A stretch of 64,000 nt of DNA from positions 18,319 to 82,318 of IMG/VR virus record IMGVR_UViG_2902247982_000002. One strand, given 5' to 3'. A program made the position numbers and the translations under genes. This document shows positions 45,189 through 55,234 of the stretch, one piece after another. How positions within the stretch are numbered: the first letter of the stretch is position 1; each line of letters opens with the position of its first letter. This DNA comes from a virus. The notes under the pieces were generated by a model, which saw only the letters and a list, made by a program, of their open reading frames with translations, was not told the origin of the DNA and ran no database searches.

Positions 45189-47254
45189 ACCCTGATGAAC
45201 TGACCCCGCAGCCGCCCGCAGCAGAAGACCCTGCCGCGGCGCCGGCCGAGCTGAAAAAGCCCGAATCCGACGAGCTGGCCAAAAGCTGGACCAAGGCCAT
45301 CGCGCGCGCACGCAAGCACTGGGAGAAGGTAAACAAGCGGATTGCGCACAACCGCAAGAAGGTGGCCGGCTTCAACTGGGCACGCGACCCCGATTCCCAG
45401 GAATTCGTCGACCCTCGGGCGAATCTGATCTTCTCGACGGCCCAGGCCACGCTGCCGAACATCTACGCGCGCAACCCGGATATCTCGGTCACGGGCGCAT
45501 GGCGGAATGGCGACGTGCGCCTGTTCTGCGAAACGCTCGAGACGGTCCTGTCCAAGCAGATGCGCCGCGCGAAGCTCAAGAGCCGGATGAAAATGTCCGT
45601 GCTCAGCGCCCTGACCGAGTATTTCGGCGTCGTGAAGGTGACGTATCAGCGCGACATCCGCACCGACCCCCTCATCCGAGACCGGATGAACGATGCCCAG
45701 GACAACCTGGTGCAGCTGGAGGGGCTGATCCAGCAGTTGGAAGACCCGGAGAACCGGAACGAGGCCGAGCTGAAGCGGCGCGAGCTGGAGGACACTATCC
45801 GCGGCCTGGAGTCGAAAACGGAGATCGTCGCGGCGGAAGGCTTGGTCATCGACCGCGTGCTGTTCGACAACATGATCATCGACCCGGACGTGGTCGAGTT
45901 CGACGACTACGAGCACGCTAACTGGCTGGCACAGGCCATCCCTATGCAGCGCGGCGCCGCGGAGGCGCTGTACAAGGTGGACCTGAAAAGCGCCAAGGCG
46001 TTCAAAGGCGCACGCGGCACAATGGGCGATGACAAGCCGGAGGCTGTGCAGCCGGCCGGCATTTTTGGCGGCGTAGGCCAGGCGGCACCCGGGAGCGACG
46101 AAGAAACCATCTGCATCCTGGAGATCTGGGACAAGCGCACCCAGCTGGTGCACACCATGGCGGACGGCTGCGAGTTCTTCTGCCGTGAATCCTACGCAGT
46201 GGAGGCTGTGGGGCAGCGCTGGTATCCCTACTTCATCCTGCCGTACGCGGTGTTGCCTGGCCAGTTCGTAGCGCCGTGCCTGGTCGACCTGACCGAGAAG
46301 CTCCAGAACGAACACAACGAGACCCGGGACAAGTTCGCGGCCCACCGCGAGATCAATAAGCCAGGGTGGATCGGCGACCGGGAATCGATCGACCAGAGGA
46401 ACGTGACGCGCTTCAAAGACTCGGTGCTGGGCGAGATTACGCTGGTGGACGCCGGTGGCCGGGCGCTCAATCAGGTGATCATGCCCAAGCAGTCGATCCC
46501 GGTGAACCCGGCCGACTATGACACGGCACCTATCCGGTTCGATTGGGAGCAGGTGACAGGCCTTCAGGACGCGGCGCGGTCAACGATCGTGCAGCCCAAG
46601 ACGGCGACCGAGGCCAGCATCATGCAACAGTCGCTGTCTGGCCGCACGGCGGAGTTCCGCGACAAGCTCGAGGACCTGCTGCTGGAAATGGACGAGTACG
46701 CCGCCCAGATCCTTCTGCAGGAGCTCACGCCGGCGCAGGTCGAGCGCTACACCGGACCCAACGATACCGAGGAAACGATTGATCCGATGACGGGCGAACC
46801 CATGCCTGTGGTGAAGCCGGCCTACGACTGGCCGCAGTTGAATCGGGATCAGATCTTCGACATGGTCGAGATCAACATCATTCCGGGCACGACCGGCGCG
46901 CCTGACAAGGCCCAGTCGCAGGAGATCTGGACCAGGGCGTTCCCCGTCGTGCAGCAGCTGATCACGCAGATCATGCAGTGCGCCGCGCAAGGGATCGATT
47001 ACTCCCCACTGGAGGCGCTCCTGCGGGAGACGCTCAAGCGGTTCGACGACCGTATCGACGTGGACCAGTTCTTGCCGAAGCCGAGCGCGCCCGCGGCGCC
47101 CGCCGCTCCGCCTCAATCCTCGCCCGGCATGCTGGGCGCTGTTGCCCCCGACGGCCAGCAGTCCGCCAACGATCCCATGGCCGCCATCCAACAGGGTGGC
47201 GCTATTCCCGGCGCGCCTGGTCAGGCGCCCGCAATCCCCGCAGTAGCCCAGTAG
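45185..47254 (+). CDS. Portal protein (podovirus type)
   Basis: 689 aa after terL; KTATEA motif. Confidence 0.85.
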   Translation: MNPDELTPQPPAAEDPAAAPAELKKPESDELAKSWTKAIARARKHWEKVNKRIAHNRKKVAGFNWARDPDSQEFVDPRANLIFSTAQATLPNIYARNPDISVTGAWRNGDVRLFCETLETVLSKQMRRAKLKSRMKMSVLSALTEYFGVVKVTYQRDIRTDPLIRDRMNDAQDNLVQLEGLIQQLEDPENRNEAELKRRELEDTIRGLESKTEIVAAEGLVIDRVLFDNMIIDPDVVEFDDYEHANWLAQAIPMQRGAAEALYKVDLKSAKAFKGARGTMGDDKPEAVQPAGIFGGVGQAAPGSDEETICILEIWDKRTQLVHTMADGCEFFCRESYAVEAVGQRWYPYFILPYAVLPGQFVAPCLVDLTEKLQNEHNETRDKFAAHREINKPGWIGDRESIDQRNVTRFKDSVLGEITLVDAGGRALNQVIMPKQSIPVNPADYDTAPIRFDWEQVTGLQDAARSTIVQPKTATEASIMQQSLSGRTAEFRDKLEDLLLEMDEYAAQILLQELTPAQVERYTGPNDTEETIDPMTGEPMPVVKPAYDWPQLNRDQIFDMVEINIIPGTTGAPDKAQSQEIWTRAFPVVQQLITQIMQCAAQGIDYSPLEALLRETLKRFDDRIDVDQFLPKPSAPAAPAAPPQSSPGMLGAVAPDGQQSANDPMAAIQQGGAIPGAPGQAPAIPAVAQ

Positions 47255-47262
47255 GAGAGCAT

Positions 47263-48336
47263 ATGGACCCCGAAGAACTCGACACCCAAGGCCAGGACCT
47301 GCAAACCCCGGACACCGGCGGCACGCCCGCGCCGGGCGGCGACGGCCCGGACGGCGCGGCCGTAGGCTCGGCCACCGAAGCGCTGCTGGACTCGCTGAGC
47401 GCTGGCGGCGAGGCCGAGCAACAACAGCGTCAGCGTGACACGCTCGGGCGTTTCGTCGCTACCGACGCCGCACCGGCCACGCCCGGAGCCGCGCCAATTC
47501 AACCGCCGGCAGTCGCGGCGAGCGCAGCCCCGGCCGCCACGGCCAAGCCTGCGGCACCGCCATCTCCCGACCAAGAAGACGCGGAACTGCTCGCGGGCAT
47601 AAAGTCCGAGCGAGGCCGCGCGCGCGTGCAGCAGATCATCGAGGCGCGCAAGGAGGCAGAGGGCGAGGTGGCGGCCGTGCGCGAGTTGGTGCACGCCGCG
47701 GGCATGACGGCCGAGACGTTCAGCCAGCACATCGAATTCTCGCGCCTGGCCAACTCCAACGATCCGCGCGACCTGCAGCAGGCAGCCCAGATGCTGGAGC
47801 AGACGCGGGCCGACCTGTATCGGCGGCTGGGCCAGGATGCGCCGGGCGTGGACGCACTCTCGGACTTCCCCGATCTGGCGCAGCAGGTGCAGAACATGGC
47901 TATACCCCGCGAGACCGCGCTCGAGGTGGCGAGGATGCGTCGCGAGCAGCAGACCATCCAGGCGCAGCGCCAACAGGTCCAGCAGGTCGAAATGGAGACT
48001 GCGCAGTTTCATCAGGCCGTCGCCAAGGCGCAGCAGTCGCTGGAGAGCTATGTCCAGACCCGGGCGCATGAGATTGACCACCCGGCCCGCATGAAGGCGC
48101 TGGAGACGTATTTCTCTGATCCGCGCAAGCTCCAGGAATTCGCGACCACCTACCAGCCGCAGCAGTGGCCGGCCGCCATTCGTATGCTCTACGACAACGT
48201 GCAGGTGGCCCAGCCGCGGCGTGCTGGCCCAGCGCCGATCAGTAGTCGTGCGGCATCGCTCGGCCGGCCGGTGACCGCTGCTTCCCAGCAGCCGGAAGAG
48301 CGGATCATGAGCCTGATCGACAACATGGGTCTGTGA
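47263..48336 (+). CDS. Putative scaffolding protein
   Basis: Low-complexity N-terminus with RDTLGRF, helical body; between portal and capsid. Confidence 0.7.
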   Translation: MDPEELDTQGQDLQTPDTGGTPAPGGDGPDGAAVGSATEALLDSLSAGGEAEQQQRQRDTLGRFVATDAAPATPGAAPIQPPAVAASAAPAATAKPAAPPSPDQEDAELLAGIKSERGRARVQQIIEARKEAEGEVAAVRELVHAAGMTAETFSQHIEFSRLANSNDPRDLQQAAQMLEQTRADLYRRLGQDAPGVDALSDFPDLAQQVQNMAIPRETALEVARMRREQQTIQAQRQQVQQVEMETAQFHQAVAKAQQSLESYVQTRAHEIDHPARMKALETYFSDPRKLQEFATTYQPQQWPAAIRMLYDNVQVAQPRRAGPAPISSRAASLGRPVTAASQQPEERIMSLIDNMGL

Positions 48337-48397
48337 CGGAAGGCGGAAACGACAAAAATCCTTGACCAAAGCCGGTAGATCGCATACTGGCAGTGCC

Positions 48398-48661
48398 ATG
48401 GGTGCTGTGGGGTAAGACGGCCCGGCCGGAATCGCGTTAGCTGGCACGCGCAACCAGCCCGGTCGGGCCCGTCTCCTGCAATACCCTCATACCGAATTTG
48501 TCGCTGTATCGCCGGGGTCGCGTCCGGTAGCGCCACCAGTCCCTTCAAGACGCAGTAAGCCGAGAATCGCGCGCGGCAGGAGAGGGCAGGAATACCAGTT
48601 TGGCGTCCTGGGCCGGTGTGGAAGTTGGCTTTTTGCAACTTTCATTCTTGGAGCGACAAAT
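48398..48661 (+). ncRNA. Candidate structured RNA leader of the capsid gene
   Basis: Non-coding 323-nt gap with nested stems read by eye; ATTTGTCGCT (48496-48505) is complementary to AGCGACAAAT (48652-48661). Confidence 0.55.
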
Positions 48662-49706
48662 GCCCATTTCTCCCGCTGATCTGGCGGAACTGTCCAAGGT
48701 TTCCCTGGACGAGTATCTGCGAAACGAACCGGTCGACAACATCGGCACCGAACACCCGCTGCTCAAGCGCCTCATGGCCAAGCAAAAGCGCTTCCTCGGC
48801 GCCCGCTTGAACGTGGTGGAAAACGTCCGCAAGGGCTATGGCTCGAATTTCGGGTGGGCCTACGGCGAGGCGCCGGTGGTCTTCAACAAGCGCAACACCA
48901 CCGAGCCGGCCGCCTTCCCCTGGAAGCGCTGCGTGGACGCGCTGTATCTGGACTATGACCGCCTGTACGGCAACGGCATCGAGGTTCGCGAAGGCGACCG
49001 CGGCGCCTACAAGCTGGAGCAGAACGAGAAGGTCCAGCTGGTGAACCTGCTGAACGAGCAGAACACCTCCCTACGCCTGGGCTTCGAAGAAAAGCTGGAC
49101 ATCGACCTGCACCGCGACGGCACCAGTTCGGCCGACGCCGTCCCGGGCCTGGACGCCTTGATCTCCACGACGCCGGCTGTCGGCACCGTGGGCGGCATCG
49201 ATGCGGCCACCCAGACCTACTGGCGGAACTTTGCTCAGACGGGCATCAGCACGGCCACGAAGGGCAACCTGGCCGAGGCTATGGAAGGCGGTCATCGAGC
49301 GTGCATCCGCAACGGCGGCACGCCGGACTTCTACCTGGCCGGCAGCGATTTCATCGACGCCTACCGGAAGGAGCTGACCATCACCAACAACGCCGAATCG
49401 GGCAGCGCCAAGAAGGTGGACGTGGGCGTGGGCACGGGCGTCAGCACCGGGCTGTACTTCAAGGGCGCCGAGATCCTGTGGGATCCGACCTTCAGCGAGC
49501 TGGACGCGCTGGATACGCCCACGGTGCCCTGGGAAAAGCGCTGCTACATGATCAACACCCGCCATCTGACCTATCGCAACGACGGCATGGATATCGTGCA
49601 GCCCACGCGCCCGCACGACATCCTGGCCTTGTACCTGATGGTCAAGCTGCGCGTGGTGCTGTCCACGGCCCGCCGCAACGCCCACGCGGTCTTCGCGATC
49701 GCCTAA
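48660..49706 (+). CDS. Major capsid protein
   Basis: GGAG RBS; GLDALI..TP..GTVGGID...YWRN motif; position. Confidence 0.88.
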   Translation: MPISPADLAELSKVSLDEYLRNEPVDNIGTEHPLLKRLMAKQKRFLGARLNVVENVRKGYGSNFGWAYGEAPVVFNKRNTTEPAAFPWKRCVDALYLDYDRLYGNGIEVREGDRGAYKLEQNEKVQLVNLLNEQNTSLRLGFEEKLDIDLHRDGTSSADAVPGLDALISTTPAVGTVGGIDAATQTYWRNFAQTGISTATKGNLAEAMEGGHRACIRNGGTPDFYLAGSDFIDAYRKELTITNNAESGSAKKVDVGVGTGVSTGLYFKGAEILWDPTFSELDALDTPTVPWEKRCYMINTRHLTYRNDGMDIVQPTRPHDILALYLMVKLRVVLSTARRNAHAVFAIA

Positions 49707-49766
49707 CCGGCCACCGGGCGGTTGTTGCATGGCCGCCCGGGCCACTTCCCCATAGCAGAGGAAACC

Positions 49767-50147
49767 ATGTCCCAAACCCTGAAGATCAACGTCATCGCGG
49801 TTCTGGTGCGCCGAGACGCCCAGACCACGACGCAAACCACCGTCGCCCTGCACGAGGCTGGCCTGCTGCGCAGCATCTACGGCAAGGAGAACGTCACGGG
49901 CGCCGAGGTCGTCGCCCAGCGTGACATCGACCCTGACATCGAGCAGAACCGCCTGGTGGCGAAATACGGCCCCGAACTCGTCGAAAAGGTATTCGGCGAC
50001 GAGGAAAGCGGCCGGCTGCTGGAAGCGCTGAAGAAGGCCGCCGCGGATTCGAAGGCTGCTCCGGCCGCCGGCGACGGCAAGGCCGCGCGTGGCGGTCGAT
50101 CGGGTGCAGCTGCTCCGGCCGCCGGCGACGGCGCGCCGCAGGAGTAA
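49767..50147 (+). CDS. Hypothetical virion-associated protein
   Basis: GAGG RBS; follows capsid. Confidence 0.7.
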   Translation: MSQTLKINVIAVLVRRDAQTTTQTTVALHEAGLLRSIYGKENVTGAEVVAQRDIDPDIEQNRLVAKYGPELVEKVFGDEESGRLLEALKKAAADSKAAPAAGDGKAARGGRSGAAAPAAGDGAPQE

Positions 50148-50153
50148 GCAGCC

Positions 50154-51395
50154 ATGGCGCAGCCCCCCGCCTACAACCGGACCAAGGATTTCGGCGCCGA
50201 CTATCCGGACCAGACCGACAACCAGGCCATCAACACGGAACTGGATGCCGTTTCGGCGTCGGTGAACGGCATCCGGACCAATTTGGCCCTGATCCAGCGT
50301 GACGACGGCGGGCTGCGCGACGGCATCGTAACGAAGGACTCTCTGGCCCAGTCGCTCAAGGACGAGCTTTACGCCGAGTTCTCGGGCAACATCAACGACA
50401 GCGTGCTGGAGGCGCAGCAGGCGGCTGTGGAGGCAAATAACGCTGCCCAGGTGTCTGTCGATGCGTCGGTGACGGCTGCAAGCGCTCAGAGTGCCGCGCA
50501 GGTTGCATCATCGAACGCCCAGGCCAGCGCGGCCGCAGCCAGCGCGAGTCAAGCTGCTGCGGCTGGTTCTGCCTCAGCTGCTGCAGCATCCAATTCGTCG
50601 GCCAGTTCTGCCGCCGCCGCCGCCAGTAGCGCCGCTACGGCGGCGGCGGCCTCGGCAGTCGATGCGGGGGAGTCTGGAGCATCTGCGGAGGCCAGCGCCA
50701 CGACTGCATCCGACGCAGCCGCTTCAGCGCTGGCGTCCAAGGCCGATGCCCAAAGTAGCGCGGCAGCGGCCTCGGCTGATGCTGCCGCCGCCATCGATGC
50801 CCGAACCAAAGCTGAAAGTTGGGCTTCGAAGACCGACGGGCCGGTGGAGGGTGCGGAGTACTCGGCCAAGCACTACGCACAGTTGGCGGGCAATGTGCAG
50901 AAATGGGGCACGCGTGGCATTGGTGAGATCGTCAAGATTTGGACCCACCTAACCGGCGTAGACATTCCGCCGGTGGACAATCCGACCTTTCGCTATATCA
51001 AGCTCACGGCGTCAGATGCATACAACACGGGAGTGCTGACGGGTGAGTCTGTTTCCGGGAGCGCCCCGTTGGTCAACGCGACTGCTGTGATCTCGCTGGC
51101 CGGGAGCCCGATGAATGGACAGACGGTTCGCTTGATCAATACGGAACGGCGCTTTTTGCGCCCGGGCACGTCCGGCGCGCTCGCGGACGACACGTTCCTG
51201 GAGCATGGGCACAAGATCAATGTTACCGGCCGATCGTCCGTCGCCACGGGCGGGAGCATGTACACGGTTGATGGGTCCAGCCCTTTGAGCTTGATCGTGA
51301 AAGGGGCTGAGTCGCTCGCTGGCTCTACCACCCGATCCGGGAATGAAACCGCGCCGCGCAGCATTGGCGTTGATCTTTACATGAGGATTCTGTGA
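50154..51395 (+). CDS. Tail fiber protein
   Basis: Ala/Ser-rich stalk; LINTERRFLR and ETAPRSI collar-like motifs. Confidence 0.8.
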   Translation: MAQPPAYNRTKDFGADYPDQTDNQAINTELDAVSASVNGIRTNLALIQRDDGGLRDGIVTKDSLAQSLKDELYAEFSGNINDSVLEAQQAAVEANNAAQVSVDASVTAASAQSAAQVASSNAQASAAAASASQAAAAGSASAAAASNSSASSAAAAASSAATAAAASAVDAGESGASAEASATTASDAAASALASKADAQSSAAAASADAAAAIDARTKAESWASKTDGPVEGAEYSAKHYAQLAGNVQKWGTRGIGEIVKIWTHLTGVDIPPVDNPTFRYIKLTASDAYNTGVLTGESVSGSAPLVNATAVISLAGSPMNGQTVRLINTERRFLRPGTSGALADDTFLEHGHKINVTGRSSVATGGSMYTVDGSSPLSLIVKGAESLAGSTTRSGNETAPRSIGVDLYMRIL

Positions 51396-51832
51396 TGCCC
51401 TACGCCGCAACTGGCCAGATCAGCCATGATCCGATCCCCGGCGGTATCGAGATAACCAATGACCAGTACGCAGCCGCGCTTGCGGGCATGCTGGAGGGAA
51501 AAGTGGTTTCTATTGAAGGCGGTTTCAGCATCGCGCTTCCGCCCCAGCCAGATCCCGAGCCGGAGATCCCGGCGGTGCCGCGCACGATCTTCAGTGTGCG
51601 GGAGTTCCGCCAGAGGTTCAGTCTTGATGAGCAAATGGCGATCCGTGCGGCGAGCTTTACTGATATGCACGTCGGCCTCATCTACGACGAATTTCTCGCC
51701 GCACAGTTCATTGATGTGACGGACCCGCAAACCGCGGCGGGAATCGACCTGTATATCAACAAAGGCTTGCTCCAGGCCGACCGGCGCGACGCGCTACTGG
51801 CGCCGGCCACCAACCAGGAGACACCGGCATGA
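51392..51832 (+). CDS. Putative tail fiber assembly protein
   Basis: GIEITNDQY.AAL.G..EGK motif; follows fiber. Confidence 0.65.
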   Translation: MMPYAATGQISHDPIPGGIEITNDQYAAALAGMLEGKVVSIEGGFSIALPPQPDPEPEIPAVPRTIFSVREFRQRFSLDEQMAIRAASFTDMHVGLIYDEFLAAQFIDVTDPQTAAGIDLYINKGLLQADRRDALLAPATNQETPA

Positions 51833-52122
51833 ACGACTGGGAAAAGACCATCGCATATCTGGCAGGCATCGGCGCCCTCGTTGCTGTGGGCCGCGCGCTC
51901 ACGAACAAGGAGCCGCTGTCCTGGCGTGTCGTCGTCGGCCGGGTGATCCTTGGTAGTGCGTTGGCTACTGTGGCCGGCATGCTGCTGATTCCATTCCCGG
52001 ATGCGCCGATGCCGGTACTGTGCGGTGCCGGCGCGGCGCTGGGCATTCTGGGCGAGCAGATACTGGAGCTGGCTGCCCGCCGCTTCATCAGCTTCAAGCT
52101 GGGCGGGGGTGATCAGTCATGA
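51829..52122 (+). CDS. Holin (P2 Y-like)
   Basis: Three TM segments; EPLSWRVVVGRVILGS pattern. Confidence 0.8.
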   Translation: MNDWEKTIAYLAGIGALVAVGRALTNKEPLSWRVVVGRVILGSALATVAGMLLIPFPDAPMPVLCGAGAALGILGEQILELAARRFISFKLGGGDQS

Positions 52123-53129
52123 GCCAAGCTCCGGAATACACCCGCCATAAGAACTTCCTCGACAACAACCCGGACCGCACGGATCACGGCGCGCTGAACC
52201 GTGAGTTCGACGACGTTGCCATGAGCGTCAACGCGCTGCGCGCCAATCAGGCGCTGTTGCAGGCCGATGACGGCACGCTTAAGGCGGCCACGGTTGGCGT
52301 TGAACAGTTGACTCCCGATGCACAGGCGAACCTGTCGCGGCCCGGGCCGCAGGGGGATCAAGGCGTCCAGGGTATCCAAGGGGTGCAAGGCGTGCAGGGC
52401 ACGCAAGGCCCGGTCGGCGCCTCGTTCAACGCTGACGCGCGAGACATCGCCGCCAATCGCGTGCTCTACGACGCCCAGGGCAAGGGCTTCTCGTTCCTGG
52501 CCATAGACACCGGGCTATTGTCGTTCAAGCTCTCGACGACGCCTGGCGACTGGTCCGCCGGCTTCGTGTTCGGCAAGGGAGAGCAGGGCATCCAGGGTAT
52601 CCAGGGTGTACAGGGCATCCGGGGGCTGCAGGGCCTGCGCGGCATCCAAGGTATCCAAGGCATCCAAGGCATTCAGGGTATCCAGGGCAATCCGGGCGTC
52701 GTCGACTACTCCAAAGTCATCCGCAACGATGCCACGACCGACCAATCGCTGCAGGGTGCGCTGTCGGCGCAATCGTTCTCTGGCGCGCTGAGCATCGCCG
52801 CGCCGCAGGTCGTCTTCACCGGCTATCAGTTCCGCCTGATCCCGGACAACTCCCGTCTGCGCCTTGACGATGGGCAGAACACACCGACCTTGCAGTCGCT
52901 GCAGCTGGCCACCGTGGTCACCAATGGCACGGGCGCGACCAACACAGGCGTCAAGCTGGCCAGCGGCGCCGACATCGGCACCCTGTTCGACCCGGCTGGC
53001 TCCGCCGCCGGCAAGCTGGCGTCCGTAGACACGACCGCCAAGACCGTCACGCTGACCGGCAAGACAACTCTCACGGCCACGCTGTCGCAGGTTGGCAGCC
53101 AGGTCGTCCTCACCTTGAGCACGTCATGA
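52119..53129 (+). CDS. Collagen-like fiber protein
   Basis: Two Gly-X-Gln runs; N-terminus paralogous to 50154 protein. Confidence 0.8.
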   Translation: MSQAPEYTRHKNFLDNNPDRTDHGALNREFDDVAMSVNALRANQALLQADDGTLKAATVGVEQLTPDAQANLSRPGPQGDQGVQGIQGVQGVQGTQGPVGASFNADARDIAANRVLYDAQGKGFSFLAIDTGLLSFKLSTTPGDWSAGFVFGKGEQGIQGIQGVQGIRGLQGLRGIQGIQGIQGIQGIQGNPGVVDYSKVIRNDATTDQSLQGALSAQSFSGALSIAAPQVVFTGYQFRLIPDNSRLRLDDGQNTPTLQSLQLATVVTNGTGATNTGVKLASGADIGTLFDPAGSAAGKLASVDTTAKTVTLTGKTTLTATLSQVGSQVVLTLSTS

Positions 53130-53830
53130 CCACGATCTCCGACCACTACCGCACGCTGGGCGAACTCCGCCGCCGCCTGCGCGCCCGTCTGGGCTTTGCC
53201 GTACAGGGGCCGGCCGCAGACAACAACCGGGATGTCCTGAACGATTTCCTACTGGAGGCGCACGAATTCATCCTGTCCCAGGTCGATGTATCGGTCATGC
53301 GCAAGAAGTGCGTGATCAAGACCTCGGCCGGGTCGTGGCGATACGACTGGCACAACGACGACGAAGACGAAGACATCGACCCTTCGCGCGTTTTGTCGGT
53401 CTGGGTGGTGCGGGGGGATTCTTGGCGCGAGCAGCTTATCCAGGGCATCACCGAACGTCAGCGCGAGCTCACGGACATGCGGGATGTGCCCGAACGGTAC
53501 GACACGCTGAACGGCCAGATGGAGCTGTGGCCCATCCCGGGCGGCCAGTACGACATCATCGTCGAGTACACGCAGTCCATGGGGCGGTTCGAGCAGGACG
53601 CGGACCGCCCGAGCGTGCCGGGGCGCTTGGTCTTCCTGTATGCGCTGTCGAACGCCAAGGCGCACTACCGGCATCCTGACGCGCAGGTGGCCGGGCAGAC
53701 CTTCAACCAGATGCTGGCGAAGTTCAAGTCCGACCAGCATGAGAACCGGCGTTATATCGCTGGCACGCCGGAGGAATGCGCGCCGCAGGTCGTGCGCACG
53801 GCCGACGGCGGCTTCATCCTGGGGCGATAG
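53126..53830 (+). CDS. Head-tail adaptor / tail tubular protein A-like
   Basis: TLGELR..., MELWPIP motif; position and size. Confidence 0.65.
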   Translation: MTTISDHYRTLGELRRRLRARLGFAVQGPAADNNRDVLNDFLLEAHEFILSQVDVSVMRKKCVIKTSAGSWRYDWHNDDEDEDIDPSRVLSVWVVRGDSWREQLIQGITERQRELTDMRDVPERYDTLNGQMELWPIPGGQYDIIVEYTQSMGRFEQDADRPSVPGRLVFLYALSNAKAHYRHPDAQVAGQTFNQMLAKFKSDQHENRRYIAGTPEECAPQVVRTADGGFILGR

Positions 53831-55234
53831 ATGGCCGCACGCTCAATCACGTTCGACAAGTTCGACTTGGGCATCGACCGGCGCAAGGGCGCCAGCGTCT
53901 CGGACGCCAACCGGCTGCTGGAGATGAAAAACGCCTATGTGACGACAGGCCTGGCCACGCAGAAGCGGCCGGGCCTGGTGAAGGTCACAACGCTGGAGCC
54001 CGGCACTGTCGGGCTGTTCGCCGGCCTGGGCAAGCTCAATACCTTCTACGGCCAGGGAACCGTGACCCATGCCGACGTCCGCTTCAAGGCTAACAAGGTT
54101 GCCCATCCCGACGGCGAGCGGCCCGCGAAGGATGTCTGGTTCGCCGACGTGTTCAACGCGTTCATCTACGCCTCGGTGGAATACCAGGACGGCACTGTCA
54201 AGCACCACTACCTGGATGGCACGGCCACGACGGCGGTCACGGACGCGAATTGTCCGCACAGCAAGCCAGTGATCAAGACCGCGTCGCGGATCTTTGCCGC
54301 CGGCGCCGACGGTTCCACGGTCAGGTATTGCGCGGCGAACAAGCCCCGGGACTGGACGGCTTCCAACGACGCCGGCTTCCTGCCCACCGGTCTGCAATTC
54401 AGCGGCGACCGAAACGCCAATGCGCTGGGCCTGTACCAGGCAAACCTGGCCGTGTTCGCCCGCGACGGCGCGCAGATCTGGGAGGTGCAGAACGTCGATC
54501 CGACCACCATGAAGCTGGTGGACCGCGTGGAGAACGTCGGCACCAGCTACGCCCGAACCGTGCGCAATGTCTCCGGCGACCTGTATTTTTTGGCCGATTT
54601 CGGCTTCCGATCGATCACCACGCTCCAGTACACCGACAACCTGGCCGACGTCGATGTCGGCAGCCCGATCGACTCCTTGGTGGTGCCCGATATTCGGCAG
54701 TCGAGCGCGGTGCCCAAGGCCTTTTTCCACTACGGCACCGGCCAGTACATCTGCGTGATTGGCAGCATCCTTTATGTCTACTCGGTGTCGCGAACGGCCA
54801 AGATTGCGGCCTGGTCGCGCTACTACATCCCTTTCCGCGTTGACGCGTTCGCCGAGCTGAATGGCGAGCTGTATTTCCGAAATGGGGACGATATCTACCG
54901 GTTCACCGCGGACGCCCACGACGACGCCGGGACGCCGTTCGAGGTGCTGCTGCAGCTGCCGTATATGGATCTCAAGGCGCCGGGCCAGATGAAGCGCATC
55001 CTGGGCGCGGACATCGTGATGGAAGGCGAATGCACCTTCTCGGTGGCGTTCGACGTGCGCAACCCCGACGCCTACACGCCGCCCGTGCGCGTGCGCGGCA
55101 ACACGCGGCCCGACGGCGTGATTCCGGTCGAGTGCAGCGGCACCGAGTTCTCGCTGATCTTCCGCAACCTTTCCAGCAAGCCGTTCCGCCTGGATGCGGT
55201 GACGCTCTATTTCGAATCGCTGGGGGCCGTGTGA
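53831..55234 (+). CDS. Tail nozzle / tubular protein B-like
   Basis: KRPGL near N-terminus, AWSRY; beta-rich 467 aa. Confidence 0.7.
   Translation: MAARSITFDKFDLGIDRRKGASVSDANRLLEMKNAYVTTGLATQKRPGLVKVTTLEPGTVGLFAGLGKLNTFYGQGTVTHADVRFKANKVAHPDGERPAKDVWFADVFNAFIYASVEYQDGTVKHHYLDGTATTAVTDANCPHSKPVIKTASRIFAAGADGSTVRYCAANKPRDWTASNDAGFLPTGLQFSGDRNANALGLYQANLAVFARDGAQIWEVQNVDPTTMKLVDRVENVGTSYARTVRNVSGDLYFLADFGFRSITTLQYTDNLADVDVGSPIDSLVVPDIRQSSAVPKAFFHYGTGQYICVIGSILYVYSVSRTAKIAAWSRYYIPFRVDAFAELNGELYFRNGDDIYRFTADAHDDAGTPFEVLLQLPYMDLKAPGQMKRILGADIVMEGECTFSVAFDVRNPDAYTPPVRVRGNTRPDGVIPVECSGTEFSLIFRNLSSKPFRLDAVTLYFESLGAV

Noticed and set aside
48600..48659. N-terminal extension of the capsid ORF from TTG 48600
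   Set aside because: ATG 48660 has a GGAG RBS; the extension lies in the structured leader
50055..50132. 24-bp direct repeat encoding AAPAAGDG twice
   Set aside because: Short duplication in a low-complexity C-terminal tail with no sign of function
52577..52697. 9-bp tandem repeats
   Set aside because: Explained by collagen Gly-X-Gln coding
12102..53129. Diversity-generating retroelement or invertible fiber cassette
   Set aside because: No reverse transcriptase or invertase ORF, and no TR/VR-like duplicate of a fiber 3' end seen by eye
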